A stretch of DNA of 32,637 nt. It comes from a virus (taxonomy: Duplodnaviria; Caudoviricetes). Shown in pieces: positions 14,156-23,400 of this stretch. Position 1 is the first letter of the stretch; each line of letters opens with the position of its first letter. The notes below the pieces were generated by a model. It had not been told where the DNA came from. It was given only the letters and a program-made list of their open reading frames with translations, and searched no databases. The position numbers and the translations under genes are program-made. The DNA is taken from the IMG/VR virus record IMGVR_UViG_3300037722_001641, positions 1 through 32,637 of that record; one strand, given 5' to 3'.

Positions 14156-17100
14156 TCAATGGAAGTCGCGGCTCGGAAACAGCCGCTTCGCCTGTTCGCG
14201 CGGATGCCGGGCGGAGGGCCGCAGTCCGCTGGCGGGGTGTCGGATTTCCTCGCTCCGGTCCTCGATCAGGCCGGGGACGATCGGACGGGCGAGCGTGGAG
14301 AGCATGGGCGAAATGTCCTCGACCCGCTCGGCTATGATGTGGACCACCGGGCCGTCGCGCTCGATCCGGCCCGAGACCCGCAGCAGGCGCCCGGCGATCA
14401 CCGCCTTGCGGAAACGCTCGTAGACGCGCGACCAGACCACGATGTTCGCAACCCCGGTCTCGTCCTCGAGCGTCAGGAAGATGACGCCCGAGGCGGTGCC
14501 GGGACGCTGGCGGGTGATGACGAGCCCCGCGACAGTGACGCGGGCCTCGGCCCGGGCGAGCCGGTCATGCGCGGTGATGTCGGTCAGTCGCGGGCGCAGC
14601 AGTTCCATCGGATGGGCACGCAGGCTGAGGCGCAGGGCGAGATAGTCCTCGATCATTTCCTCGCCGAGGGTCATCGGCGCGAGCGCCACGGCGGGCTCCG
14701 CCGCGCCTTCCCCATCGGCGCCGAAAAGGGGCAACGGCCCGGGGCCGCGCAGCGCGCGGGCCGCCCAGAGCGCGTCGCGGCGGGTGAGGCCGAGCGCGGT
14801 GAAGGCGTCCGCCTCGGCCAGCCGCTCCAGCGTCTCGGCGCCCACCCCGGCGCGGCGCCAGAGGCTCTCGATGTCCGGGTAGCCGTTGCCGCGCGCCGCC
14901 ACGATCCAGTCGGCGTCTTCCGCGCGCATCCCCTTGATCTGGCGAAACCCGAGCCTGAGCGCGAGCCCACCGTCGGCGCGGGGCTCGAGCGTGCAATCCC
15001 AGTCCGAGTGGTTCACCGAGACCGGCCGCACCTCGACCCCATGCTCGCGCGCATCGCGCACGAGCTGGGCGGGCGCATAGAAGCCCATCGGCTGGCTGTT
15101 CAGGAGCGCGCAGGTGAAGACCGCCTGATGGTGGCGCTTGAGCCAGGCCGAGATGTAGACCAGCCGCGCGAAGCTCGCCGCATGGCTTTCGGGGAAGCCG
15201 TAGGAGCCGAAGCCCTCGATCTGGGCGAAGCACCGCGCGGCGAAGCCGGCCTCATAGCCGCGCGCCAGCATGCCGGAGATGAAGCGGTCGCGAAACGCCC
15301 CGATGGTGCCCATGCGCTTGAAGGTGGCGAGGCTGCGGCGCAGCCGGTCGGCCTCGGCGGCGGTGAAGCCGGCGGCGACCACGGCGATCTGCATTGCCTG
15401 TTCCTGGAACAGCGGCACGCCATAGGTGCGGCCCAGCACCTCCATCATCGCGGGGCCGAGATCCTCGACCTTCTCCTTGCCCTGACGGCGGTTGATGAAG
15501 GGATGGACCATGCCGCCCTGAATGGGCCCGGGCCGGACGATAGCGACCTCGCAGACCAGATCGTAAAAGCGGCGCGGCCGCATCCGCGGCAGGAAGTTGA
15601 GCTGCGCCCGGCTTTCCACCTGGAAGACGCCGATCGCATCGGCGCGGCAGAGCATGTCGTAGACCTCCCCGTCCTCGGGCGGCACATTGGCGAGGGTGAG
15701 GTGCAGCCCGCGATGGTCCTGCAAGAGCCCGAACGCCTTGCGGATGCAGGTGAGCATGCCGAGGCCCAGCACATCGACCTTCAGGAGCCCGAGCGCGTCG
15801 ATGTCGTCCTTGTCCCATTCGATCACGGTGCGCTCCGCCATCGCGGCGTTCTCGATCGGGCAGAGCTCGTCGAGCCTTCCTTCCGTGATGACGAAGCCGC
15901 CGACATGCTGGCTGAGATGCCGCGGGAAGCCGATGATCTCGCCGATCAGTCTGGTGGCAAGCATGACGCGGCGGTCGGTGGGGTCGAGACCGGCATCGCG
16001 GATGCGGTCCTCCGAGGGCGCGGCGGCGGACCAGCCCCAGATCTGCCCGGCGAGCCGCGCGATCACGTCGCCGCTCAGCCCCATCACCTTGCCGACCTCG
16101 CGGATCGCGGCGCGGGAGCGGAAGTGGATCACCGTGGCGGTCAGCCCGGCGCGATGGCGGCCGTAATGCTCGTAGATGTGCTGGATCACCTCCTCGCGGC
16201 GCTCATGCTCGAAATCCACGTCGATGTCGGGCGGCTCGCCGCGTTCCTTCGAGATGAAACGCTCGAAAATGAGCGTGATTGACTCGGGCGGCACCTCGGT
16301 GACGCCGAGCAGGTAGCAGACCACCGAATTCGCGGCCGAGCCGCGGCCCTGGGCGAGGATGCCGCGCGAGCGGGCGAAGGCCACGATGTCGTGCACGGTC
16401 AGGAAATAGGGCGCATAGCCCAGCTCGGCGATGAGCTTCAGCTCCTTCTCCACCCGCTGCGCGATCTTCGGCGGTGGGCCGCCCGGATAGCGCCAGTGCA
16501 GCCCCTCGCGCGAGAGCCGCTCGAGGCGGGCCTGGGCCGGCTCGCCGTTCCGGTCCTCATGCGGATACTGGTAGCGCAGCTCGTCGAGCCGGAAGGCGCA
16601 GGCCACGGCGATCTCCACGGAGCGGCGGAGCGCGGCGGGATAGCGGTGAAAGAGCCGCGCCATCTCGGCGCCGGATTTGAGTCGGCGCTCGCCGTTCGGG
16701 AGGCGCCTGCGCCCGATCGTGTCGATGGTGCAGCCGATCCGAAGGCAGGTCAGCACATCGGCGAGCGCGCGGCGCTGGGCGCGATGCATCAGCACGTCGC
16801 CGAGCGCGACCATGGCGAGACCGGTGGCCTGGGCGAGCGCCGCGAGCCGGTCGAAGCGGCGCTGGTCCCGCCCGTCATAGCGGGGTGCCGCGCCCAGCCA
16901 GCACTGGCCGGGGAACCGGCGGGCCATGCCGGCGATGTCGGCCCGGGCCGGATCGCCCGACATGCCGGATGCGTGCCTGCGGCACGACGGATCGGGCGGC
17001 AGGGCGATGAGGATGAGCCCCGCGCCCCATTCGGCCAGATCGGCGCGGGTGAGGTGGCACTCGCCCTTCACGGCCCGGCGCTTGCCGAGCGAGAGAAGCC

Positions 17101-17515
17101 GCGACAGACGGCTATAGGCGGTCAGATCGGTGGGAAGGGCCACCCATTCGACCGGGCTGTCGGTCAGCACCAGTCGCGCGCCGACGATCAGCCTCGGCAA
17201 GACCATGTCGGGCGATATGGACGGGAGGTGTTCGCCGCCGGACGGTGACGCGCTCCGGCGGCTCGACCGGTCATGGACGGTCTGCGAGCGGATGGCGGGC
17301 GCCTCTGAGGCGCTGTCTCGTGCCTCCTCCCGCAGCCGAGCGAGCTCCTTCAGCGCGCTGTAGGCCCGCACCACGCCGGCGAGCGAGTTGCGGTCGGTGA
17401 TGGCGATCGCCGCAAGGCCAAGCTCGGCGGCGCGGGTCACCAGCTCCTCCGGATGCGAGGCCCCGCGCAGGAAGGTGAAGTTCGTGGTGACGCAGAGCTC
17501 GGCGTAAGGGGTCAT
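14156..17515 (-). CDS. dnaE2: Error-prone DNA polymerase III alpha subunit DnaE2 (ImuC)
   Basis: YAELCVTTNFTFLRGASHPEEL PHP start, GRGSAANS, PPDIDVDFE, RHLSQHVGG, YGFPESHA, LLNSQPMGFY, RQRPGTASGVIF and the DnaE2-specific C-terminal SRDFH. ATGA overlap with imuB. Confidence 0.97.
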   Translation of the reverse strand: MTPYAELCVTTNFTFLRGASHPEELVTRAAELGLAAIAITDRNSLAGVVRAYSALKELARLREEARDSASEAPAIRSQTVHDRSSRRSASPSGGEHLPSISPDMVLPRLIVGARLVLTDSPVEWVALPTDLTAYSRLSRLLSLGKRRAVKGECHLTRADLAEWGAGLILIALPPDPSCRRHASGMSGDPARADIAGMARRFPGQCWLGAAPRYDGRDQRRFDRLAALAQATGLAMVALGDVLMHRAQRRALADVLTCLRIGCTIDTIGRRRLPNGERRLKSGAEMARLFHRYPAALRRSVEIAVACAFRLDELRYQYPHEDRNGEPAQARLERLSREGLHWRYPGGPPPKIAQRVEKELKLIAELGYAPYFLTVHDIVAFARSRGILAQGRGSAANSVVCYLLGVTEVPPESITLIFERFISKERGEPPDIDVDFEHERREEVIQHIYEHYGRHRAGLTATVIHFRSRAAIREVGKVMGLSGDVIARLAGQIWGWSAAAPSEDRIRDAGLDPTDRRVMLATRLIGEIIGFPRHLSQHVGGFVITEGRLDELCPIENAAMAERTVIEWDKDDIDALGLLKVDVLGLGMLTCIRKAFGLLQDHRGLHLTLANVPPEDGEVYDMLCRADAIGVFQVESRAQLNFLPRMRPRRFYDLVCEVAIVRPGPIQGGMVHPFINRRQGKEKVEDLGPAMMEVLGRTYGVPLFQEQAMQIAVVAAGFTAAEADRLRRSLATFKRMGTIGAFRDRFISGMLARGYEAGFAARCFAQIEGFGSYGFPESHAASFARLVYISAWLKRHHQAVFTCALLNSQPMGFYAPAQLVRDAREHGVEVRPVSVNHSDWDCTLEPRADGGLALRLGFRQIKGMRAEDADWIVAARGNGYPDIESLWRRAGVGAETLERLAEADAFTALGLTRRDALWAARALRGPGPLPLFGADGEGAAEPAVALAPMTLGEEMIEDYLALRLSLRAHPMELLRPRLTDITAHDRLARAEARVTVAGLVITRQRPGTASGVIFLTLEDETGVANIVVWSRVYERFRKAVIAGRLLRVSGRIERDGPVVHIIAERVEDISPMLSTLARPIVPGLIEDRSEEIRHPASGLRPSARHPREQAKRLFPSRDFH

Positions 17516-19041
17516 GGGAATTCCCCCTGCACATGCCATGAGTGCGCCTGCGGCGCGGGCCAGCTTTGCGCCTCCGGCGCGGGCCACGCCGGCGCCTGCG
17601 GCGTGTGATAGAGCCAGAGCCGCGGCCCCTCACGGGTCTCGATCCGCCAATAGTCGCGCAAGCCCGTCCTCCAGGCCGGATCGTCGAGCCACCATTCGGG
17701 CGCGATCCGCTCCGGCCCGGTGGCGCGCAGCGTGCTGAAGCGCATCCGCCGCCAGCAAAACCGCGCGGGCGGGTGGCCCAGAGATTGACCTTGGGCGGCG
17801 GTGACGGGTTCGGGCGGAAAGATCGTGATCGGACGCGGTGGCCCGTCCCGCCGCTCGGCCGGCGCCTCGGGCGCATGGGCCGCCGCCAGGATCAGGAAGC
17901 TCTTCTCGGGGATCAGGCTCTCGGCGGGGGCGAGACGCTGGACATTCTCGAAGCCGAGGCGATTGCCGAGACGCGAGATCAGATCGGCCATGCCATCCTG
18001 CGGGGCGGGCCGCCCGGCCGCGATCTGCACCGGCCCGAGCGGTTCGGTGACGGAGGCGACAAGCCGCAGGGCCTCGATGCCGAAGCCCGCATCGACCTCA
18101 TCGACGCCCCTGGCGAACAGCGCCGCGATCCGGTCAGGCTCGCGCATCGGCCGGGCGAGGCCGATCTCGACCTCGGCCTTTGCGCGGTCGACCCGGTGAA
18201 GCTCCAGCCGCAGGCGGCGCGCGCCCATGTGGTGCCGGCCGAGCTTGGCGCAGAGCCGGTCGAGCAGCCGCGCGAGCCCGGCCATCACATCCGCCTGCAG
18301 CCCGATCGGCTCGGGCAGCGTCAGCCGCACACTGAAATGCGGCGGCTCAGGTTCCGGCGCGACCGGCTCGGGCAGCGCTCCCAGCGCCTGATCGAGCCGC
18401 AGCACCAGCCCCGGCCCGAAGCGGCGCACGAGCGGTGCGCGGGGCAGCGGGATGAGATCGGCGATGCGGCTGAGGCCGAGCCGGCGAAGCGCCTCGGCGG
18501 TCTCAAAGTCGATCCTGAGCGCCGACACCGGCAGTGCACCAAGCCCCTCGGCCAGCGCGCCCTCAGGAATGATTCCGCCGCCATGGTGGGCGAGCGCGTG
18601 GGCGCCGCCATAGCTGCCCGCGATGGCGCTCTCCGCGGTGAAGCCTGCCCGCTCGAGCCGCGCCTGCAGATCGGCACGCAGCGCCGCTTCGCCGCCGAAG
18701 AGATGCGAGACGCCAGTGATATCGGCCATGAGCCCGTCCATGCCGTCGCGCCCCACCATCGGCGCGTAGCGCCCGGCCCAGCGGCGGAGCGCCGCCAGCA
18801 TGGCCGCCTCCCGCGCGAGATCGGCGGGGCGCGTCGCGAGATCGGGGCAGATCGCGCGGCCATCGGCCAGCGCCATGCCCCGCCGAAGCCCCTGCGCTTC
18901 GGCGGCGGTATTGAGACAGTGCACATGATCGGCATTCCCCGACCGAAGGATCAGGGCGAAAGGCCCCTCACAGGGGCGGCTCCGCAGCTCCGCGTCGCTC
19001 GCCAGCCGCTTGAGCCAGATCGAAAGCAGCCGACGTCCCAT
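17512..19041 (-). CDS. imuB: ImuB, inactive Y-family polymerase scaffold
   Basis: RRLLSIWL start, GMALADGRAICPDL, DITGVSHLFGGE, GPERIAPEWW, RDYWRIET...RLWL. Lies between imuA and dnaE2. Confidence 0.93.
   Translation of the reverse strand: MGRRLLSIWLKRLASDAELRSRPCEGPFALILRSGNADHVHCLNTAAEAQGLRRGMALADGRAICPDLATRPADLAREAAMLAALRRWAGRYAPMVGRDGMDGLMADITGVSHLFGGEAALRADLQARLERAGFTAESAIAGSYGGAHALAHHGGGIIPEGALAEGLGALPVSALRIDFETAEALRRLGLSRIADLIPLPRAPLVRRFGPGLVLRLDQALGALPEPVAPEPEPPHFSVRLTLPEPIGLQADVMAGLARLLDRLCAKLGRHHMGARRLRLELHRVDRAKAEVEIGLARPMREPDRIAALFARGVDEVDAGFGIEALRLVASVTEPLGPVQIAAGRPAPQDGMADLISRLGNRLGFENVQRLAPAESLIPEKSFLILAAAHAPEAPAERRDGPPRPITIFPPEPVTAAQGQSLGHPPARFCWRRMRFSTLRATGPERIAPEWWLDDPAWRTGLRDYWRIETREGPRLWLYHTPQAPAWPAPEAQSWPAPQAHSWHVQGEFP
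17536..17607 (-). repeat. Three tandem 24-bp (8-aa) repeats at the ImuB C-terminus
   Basis: HTPQAPAW-PAPEAQSW-PAPQAHSW. Confidence 0.85.
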
Positions 19042-19561
19042 CCCAATGCAGCGTCCAGTCGCCAAGAGTTCCTGTTTTGTTCTTGATAAGCGACCAGCGA
19101 TGGAGAGTCGAGTCAGGCGTCTCGGCGGGCTCGGGCGCACAGTGCCAACGCGTCTCGGCGGCATTGCAGCCCGCGCCTTCGCGGATCAGCAGCAGGCCCG
19201 TCGTGCCGCCCGCCTCCGCGGCGAGCTGCAGCCGACGGCCGGCGGTCAGGGTCAGGGGTTTCCCGGGCTCGGCGATGACGAAGCCGACGGGCGCGGCGCG
19301 CAAGGATTCCTCCGTCGCCCAGAGCAGGTCGGTCTCGCTGCGCGCCCGGACAATATGGAGGCGCGCGCCGACGCCCTCCGGCAGCCCCGGGAGCAACGGG
19401 TGTTCGGGCGCATGCGCGGGCAGCACCCAGACCAGCGGGCCGGGATGGCGCAGGGCCTGCATGAGCGCGAAGACGCGGCGGCCGGCCCCTTCGGCCTCGT
19501 GGACACGTCTTGGGGCGAGCCGCAGCGGCTCGGGCGGAGAGGGCTCAGGCCGCGTCTTCAC
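18968..19561 (-). CDS. imuA: ImuA (RecA/SulA-like accessory protein)
   Basis: GTG start with GGAGG RBS. DLLWATEESLR, LTAGRRLQLAAEAGG, AAETRWHC motifs. Confidence 0.9.
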   Translation of the reverse strand: MKTRPEPSPPEPLRLAPRRVHEAEGAGRRVFALMQALRHPGPLVWVLPAHAPEHPLLPGLPEGVGARLHIVRARSETDLLWATEESLRAAPVGFVIAEPGKPLTLTAGRRLQLAAEAGGTTGLLLIREGAGCNAAETRWHCAPEPAETPDSTLHRWSLIKNKTGTLGDWTLHWDGTSAAFDLAQAAGERRGAAEPPL

Positions 19562-20219
19562 GGGCGCCCTCCAGCACGATCTCCAGCGCGCCATCCGGCA
19601 GCGGCCGTTGCAGGGACAATGCCTCGGGCGTCGGCGCGGTGAGCCATCGCCGCCATTCGTCTGATCGCGTCAGGATCACCGGCATGGCCCTGGGATGCAC
19701 CGCGCCGACCTCGCGGTTGGGTGCGCAGGTGAGGAAGGCGAAGAGCTCCGCCGTGACCGCGCCCTCCTTCACCTTGCGCACCGAGGTCCATTCGGTGCGA
19801 ACGCCGGCGAAGAACGCCAGCGGCCGATCCTCACCCAGCGCGAACCAGACGAGATGGTTGCGCGGCGCTTGCGCGCGGCCGTCGATCTCGGCGAAGCTGG
19901 TGAAGGGCACGAGGCAGCGGTGCTCGACCCCGAGCCAGCGCCGCCAGTGGGGAGAGCCCGCGTTGCGGATGTTGGTCACGCCCGGATCCCGGCGCCTGCC
20001 CTCGAGGAATCTGGGCGGCGTCGGCATCCCCCAGCGGGCGATGGCGAGCTGCCAGCCGCCCCTTGGCCCGTGCCGCAGGATCGGCGCCGGATAGTCCGGA
20101 TAGATGCCGGGCTGCGCGGCCAGGTTGCCGGTCAGATCCTCGACCTCGCCCTCGAGCACGTCGTCGAAGACATGCCGCATCGCGTCCTGGCTCTTCGTCT
20201 GGGAATAGAGGTTGCACAT
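19545..20219 (-). CDS. SOS response-associated peptidase (SRAP; YedK/HMCES-family abasic-site protection protein)
   Basis: N-terminal MCNLY (catalytic Cys2), RWGMP, TNIRN, RCLVPFTSFAE, FAFLT..PN..V..VHPRAMPVIL. Confidence 0.93.
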   Translation of the reverse strand: MCNLYSQTKSQDAMRHVFDDVLEGEVEDLTGNLAAQPGIYPDYPAPILRHGPRGGWQLAIARWGMPTPPRFLEGRRRDPGVTNIRNAGSPHWRRWLGVEHRCLVPFTSFAEIDGRAQAPRNHLVWFALGEDRPLAFFAGVRTEWTSVRKVKEGAVTAELFAFLTCAPNREVGAVHPRAMPVILTRSDEWRRWLTAPTPEALSLQRPLPDGALEIVLEGAREDAA

Positions 20220-20249
20220 GGGTGTCTGACTGCTTCAGGTGGATAGAGT

Positions 20250-20264
20250 GAACATTAATAGAAC
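20250..20264 (-). promoter_or_regulatory. Alphaproteobacterial LexA (SOS) box
   Basis: GAAC-ATTAATA-GAAC on + (GTTC-N7-GTTC on -), 30 bp upstream of the SRAP start codon. Confidence 0.9.
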
Positions 20265-20339
20265 ACGATGGGATCGAAAAGATATCAAGTGAGTATGGCA
20301 GGACGGCAGTGATCCCGGCGTTCCGCGCTTTTGGAACGT

Positions 20340-20449
20340 CGTCGTCGCGTGAGCGAAAGTGCGAAAGAGCTGAACACTACCCCAAATCCGAAGCCTACGG
20401 AGCCGTCATCGCATGAGCGAAAGTGCGAAAGATGCTGGACACTACCCCA
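20340..20449. repeat. Intergenic direct repeat, 2 x ~45 bp
   Basis: 20340-20384 and 20404-20449: CGTCrTCGCrTGAGCGAAAGTGCGAAAGA(T)GCTGrACACTACCCCA; 3 substitutions and 1 indel. Confidence 0.85.
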
Positions 20450-20479
20450 TGCAAGGGCCTGCGGCGGGACGCCAAACCA

Positions 20480-23400
20480 TCAGCTAAATACGAAGTCAGA
20501 CTCGGTAAGATCCGCGGCCGCCAAGTCTTTCACCAAAACGGACTCGGCAGCACCGTAGGTCACGCGCGCGCCGCCGACGTCGTCAACGATCGTAAGATCC
20601 TCGAACATGATCCCGCCGGTGAACTCGATCACATCGCTACCATCGGTGAAGTCGTTGATGGTATCCACGCCATCGCCGAGCGCGAACTTGAAGACGTCTT
20701 CGCCGCTCCCGCCCCAAAGATCGTCGGCATCGCCACCGCCAAGCAACGTGTCGTCGCCGTCGCCCCCATAGAGGCGATCATATCCATCCTGGCCAATGAG
20801 TATGTCATCGTCGGCCAGTCCCGAAAGATCATTGGAACTGTCATCACCAGTTAGCGTGTCCGCATACGCCGACCCTTCAAGCGCTTCGATGCTGGAGAGG
20901 ATATCGCCGACTTCTTCGCCGCCGGAATTGCCGATCTGCGCGGTCATTACGTTCAAGTCGACGTTCACACCCTGGGCTGCCTGAGCGTAACTCGCCGTAT
21001 CGGAGCCAATCCCTCCGTTCAGTCCGTCGGCACCGAGGCCTCCGAACAAATAGTCGTCGCCGTCGTTGCCGTTCAACGTGTCATTGCCGGCCAAGCCGTA
21101 GATGTTGTCGCGGTAATCCTTGCCGTCGAGGATATTGTTCGCCGATGTGCCTTCAAGCTTTGTCGCGGCCAGAATATCGTCGAGTGTCCAATTGACACCA
21201 TCGCTAAACGCGATCACCTCAATGCCGCGACCATCGGCCGTGGATTTGAATTGGTCGTCAACTGTGATGGCCTCTCCAGTGCTTGAGACCGTGACGAGAA
21301 GATCGTCGCTACCTTGCACGCGTGTCAGTTCGACGTTCGACGACGCCACATCGGTCAGAACCAGTGTGTCGACTGCTGTCAGCGACAATGATTCGTCGTC
21401 AAGGAAATCGTTGCCGTCTCCGATGGACCAAACATACTGATCGTTGCCGCCTTCGCCCTGAAGGGTATCGTTGCCGAGGCCGCCGACGAGGACATCATCG
21501 CCGCCATTGCCGTCCAGCGTGTCATTGCCGGCATAGCCATACATATTGTCGCGATAATTCTTGCCCTCCAAAGAGTCACTCGCCGAGGTGCCTACAAGCT
21601 TCGTCTTTGCCAGAATATCGTCCAACGTCCAGGTAACATCGTCGCTGAACTCAATCCCCTCAATACCTTGGCCATCGGCCGTCGAGTAGTACTGGTCCTT
21701 GACCGTGATAGACTCTCCGGTGCTGATGATTGTCACGACGAGATGGTTGCTTCCGTTCGCCCGCGTCAACTCGACATCTGTAGATTCCACATCCGAAAGT
21801 TCGAGCGTATCGACTTCATTTTGCGAAGTCGCTGTTTCATCGATCGTGTCGTTGCCGTCACCCTTCGCCCAGACATAGCGATCGTTGCCCTCGTCGCCTT
21901 TCAGCGTATCGGCGCCGAGGCCGCCCACGAGAACGTCATTCCCGTCCTTGCCATTCAGCGTATCATTGCCGGCGAGTCCATAGATGTTGTCCCGATAGTC
22001 CTTGCCATCGAGCGTGTTGTTCGCTGACGTGCCCTCGAGCTTCGTCTCTGCCAGGATGTCGTCGAGCGTCCAGATCACGCCGTCGCCGAATTCGATCGCC
22101 TCGATTCCTTGGCCGTCGCTCGTGGAGTAGTACTGGTCCTTGATTGTGATGTTCTCCCCGGTGCTGACGATCGTGACCACCAGGTGAATGCTGCCCTGCG
22201 AACGTGTCAGCGATACATCCGTCGAATCCACGTCAGACAGAACCAGCGTGTCAATTTCCGTTTGCGAAATCGCGATTTCGTCGATCGTGTCGTTGCCGTC
22301 GCCCTTGGACCACAGGTACCGCTCTGCGCCGCCATCGCCCTTGAGCAAATCGTTGCCGAGACCGCCTTCGAGAACGTCATCTCCACCATTTCCGTCGATC
22401 GTATCGTTGCCATCGAGCCCGTAAATCCAGTCCTTGTAATCCCAGCCGTTGAGAACGTTGCTCGCGCCGGTTCCGGTGATGATCGCTTCCGCCACCGGGC
22501 TATCAAGAACCTCTGTTGTCACGCCATCACTGAACGCAATGATCTCGACACCCTTTCCGCTGCCAGAAGATTGAAAGCGATTCAGCACCGTTATCGTCTC
22601 GTTGGTGCTGCTCACATCGATGTGCAGATCGTTGCCGACTTTGGTTAAAACCGCCCCTGAGGCCGCCACATCGGTCAGGATCAAAGTATCGACGGCCTTC
22701 AACGACGTTCCGGTGTCATCTATGGTGTCGTCGTCATCACCTTTCGACCAAAGATACCGGTCATTGCCATTGCCTCCCTTCAGGGTATCGTCGCCGGAAC
22801 CGCCCACGAGGACATCGTCACCGTCATTTGCGTCGATCGTATCCTGCCCGCCGAGGCCGTAGATATTGTCGCGATAGTCAGTACCATTGAGGACGTTGCT
22901 CGCTGACGTGCCCTCAAGTTTCGTCCGCACGATAATGTCGTGGAGTGTCCAGGTCACGTCATCGCTGAACTCGATTGCTTCGATGCCCCGACCATCGGTC
23001 GTGGAATTGAATTGGTCGTCAACGGCGATGATCTCACCGGTGCTGATGATCGTGACGAGAAGGTCGTTGCTGCCCTGCACCCGCGTCAGCGCCACATCGG
23101 TCGAGGCCACATCCTCCAGAACAAGGGTGTCAATTTCCGTTTGCGAGATCTCGTCATCGTTCAGGAAGTCGTTTCCATCACCTTTGGACCACAGATACCG
23201 GTCGTTCCCACCTTCACCGTCGAGCGTGTCGTTGCCGAGGCCGCCGACGAGGACATCATCGCCGCCATTGCCGTCCAGCGTGTCATTGCCGGCAAGGCCA
23301 TAGAGATTGTCGCGATAATTCTTGCCCTCCAAAGAGTTACTCGCCGAGGTGCCTACAAGCTTCGTCTCGGACAGGATCTCGTCGTGGGACCAGACTACGC

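Noticed and set aside
13682-19664. Plus-strand ORFs of 866, 514 and 285 aa and others
   Set aside because: Antisense shadows of dnaE2/imuB/imuA.
20340-20449. Mini CRISPR array
   Set aside because: Only two imperfect copies, a 19-bp spacer, no palindrome and no cas genes.
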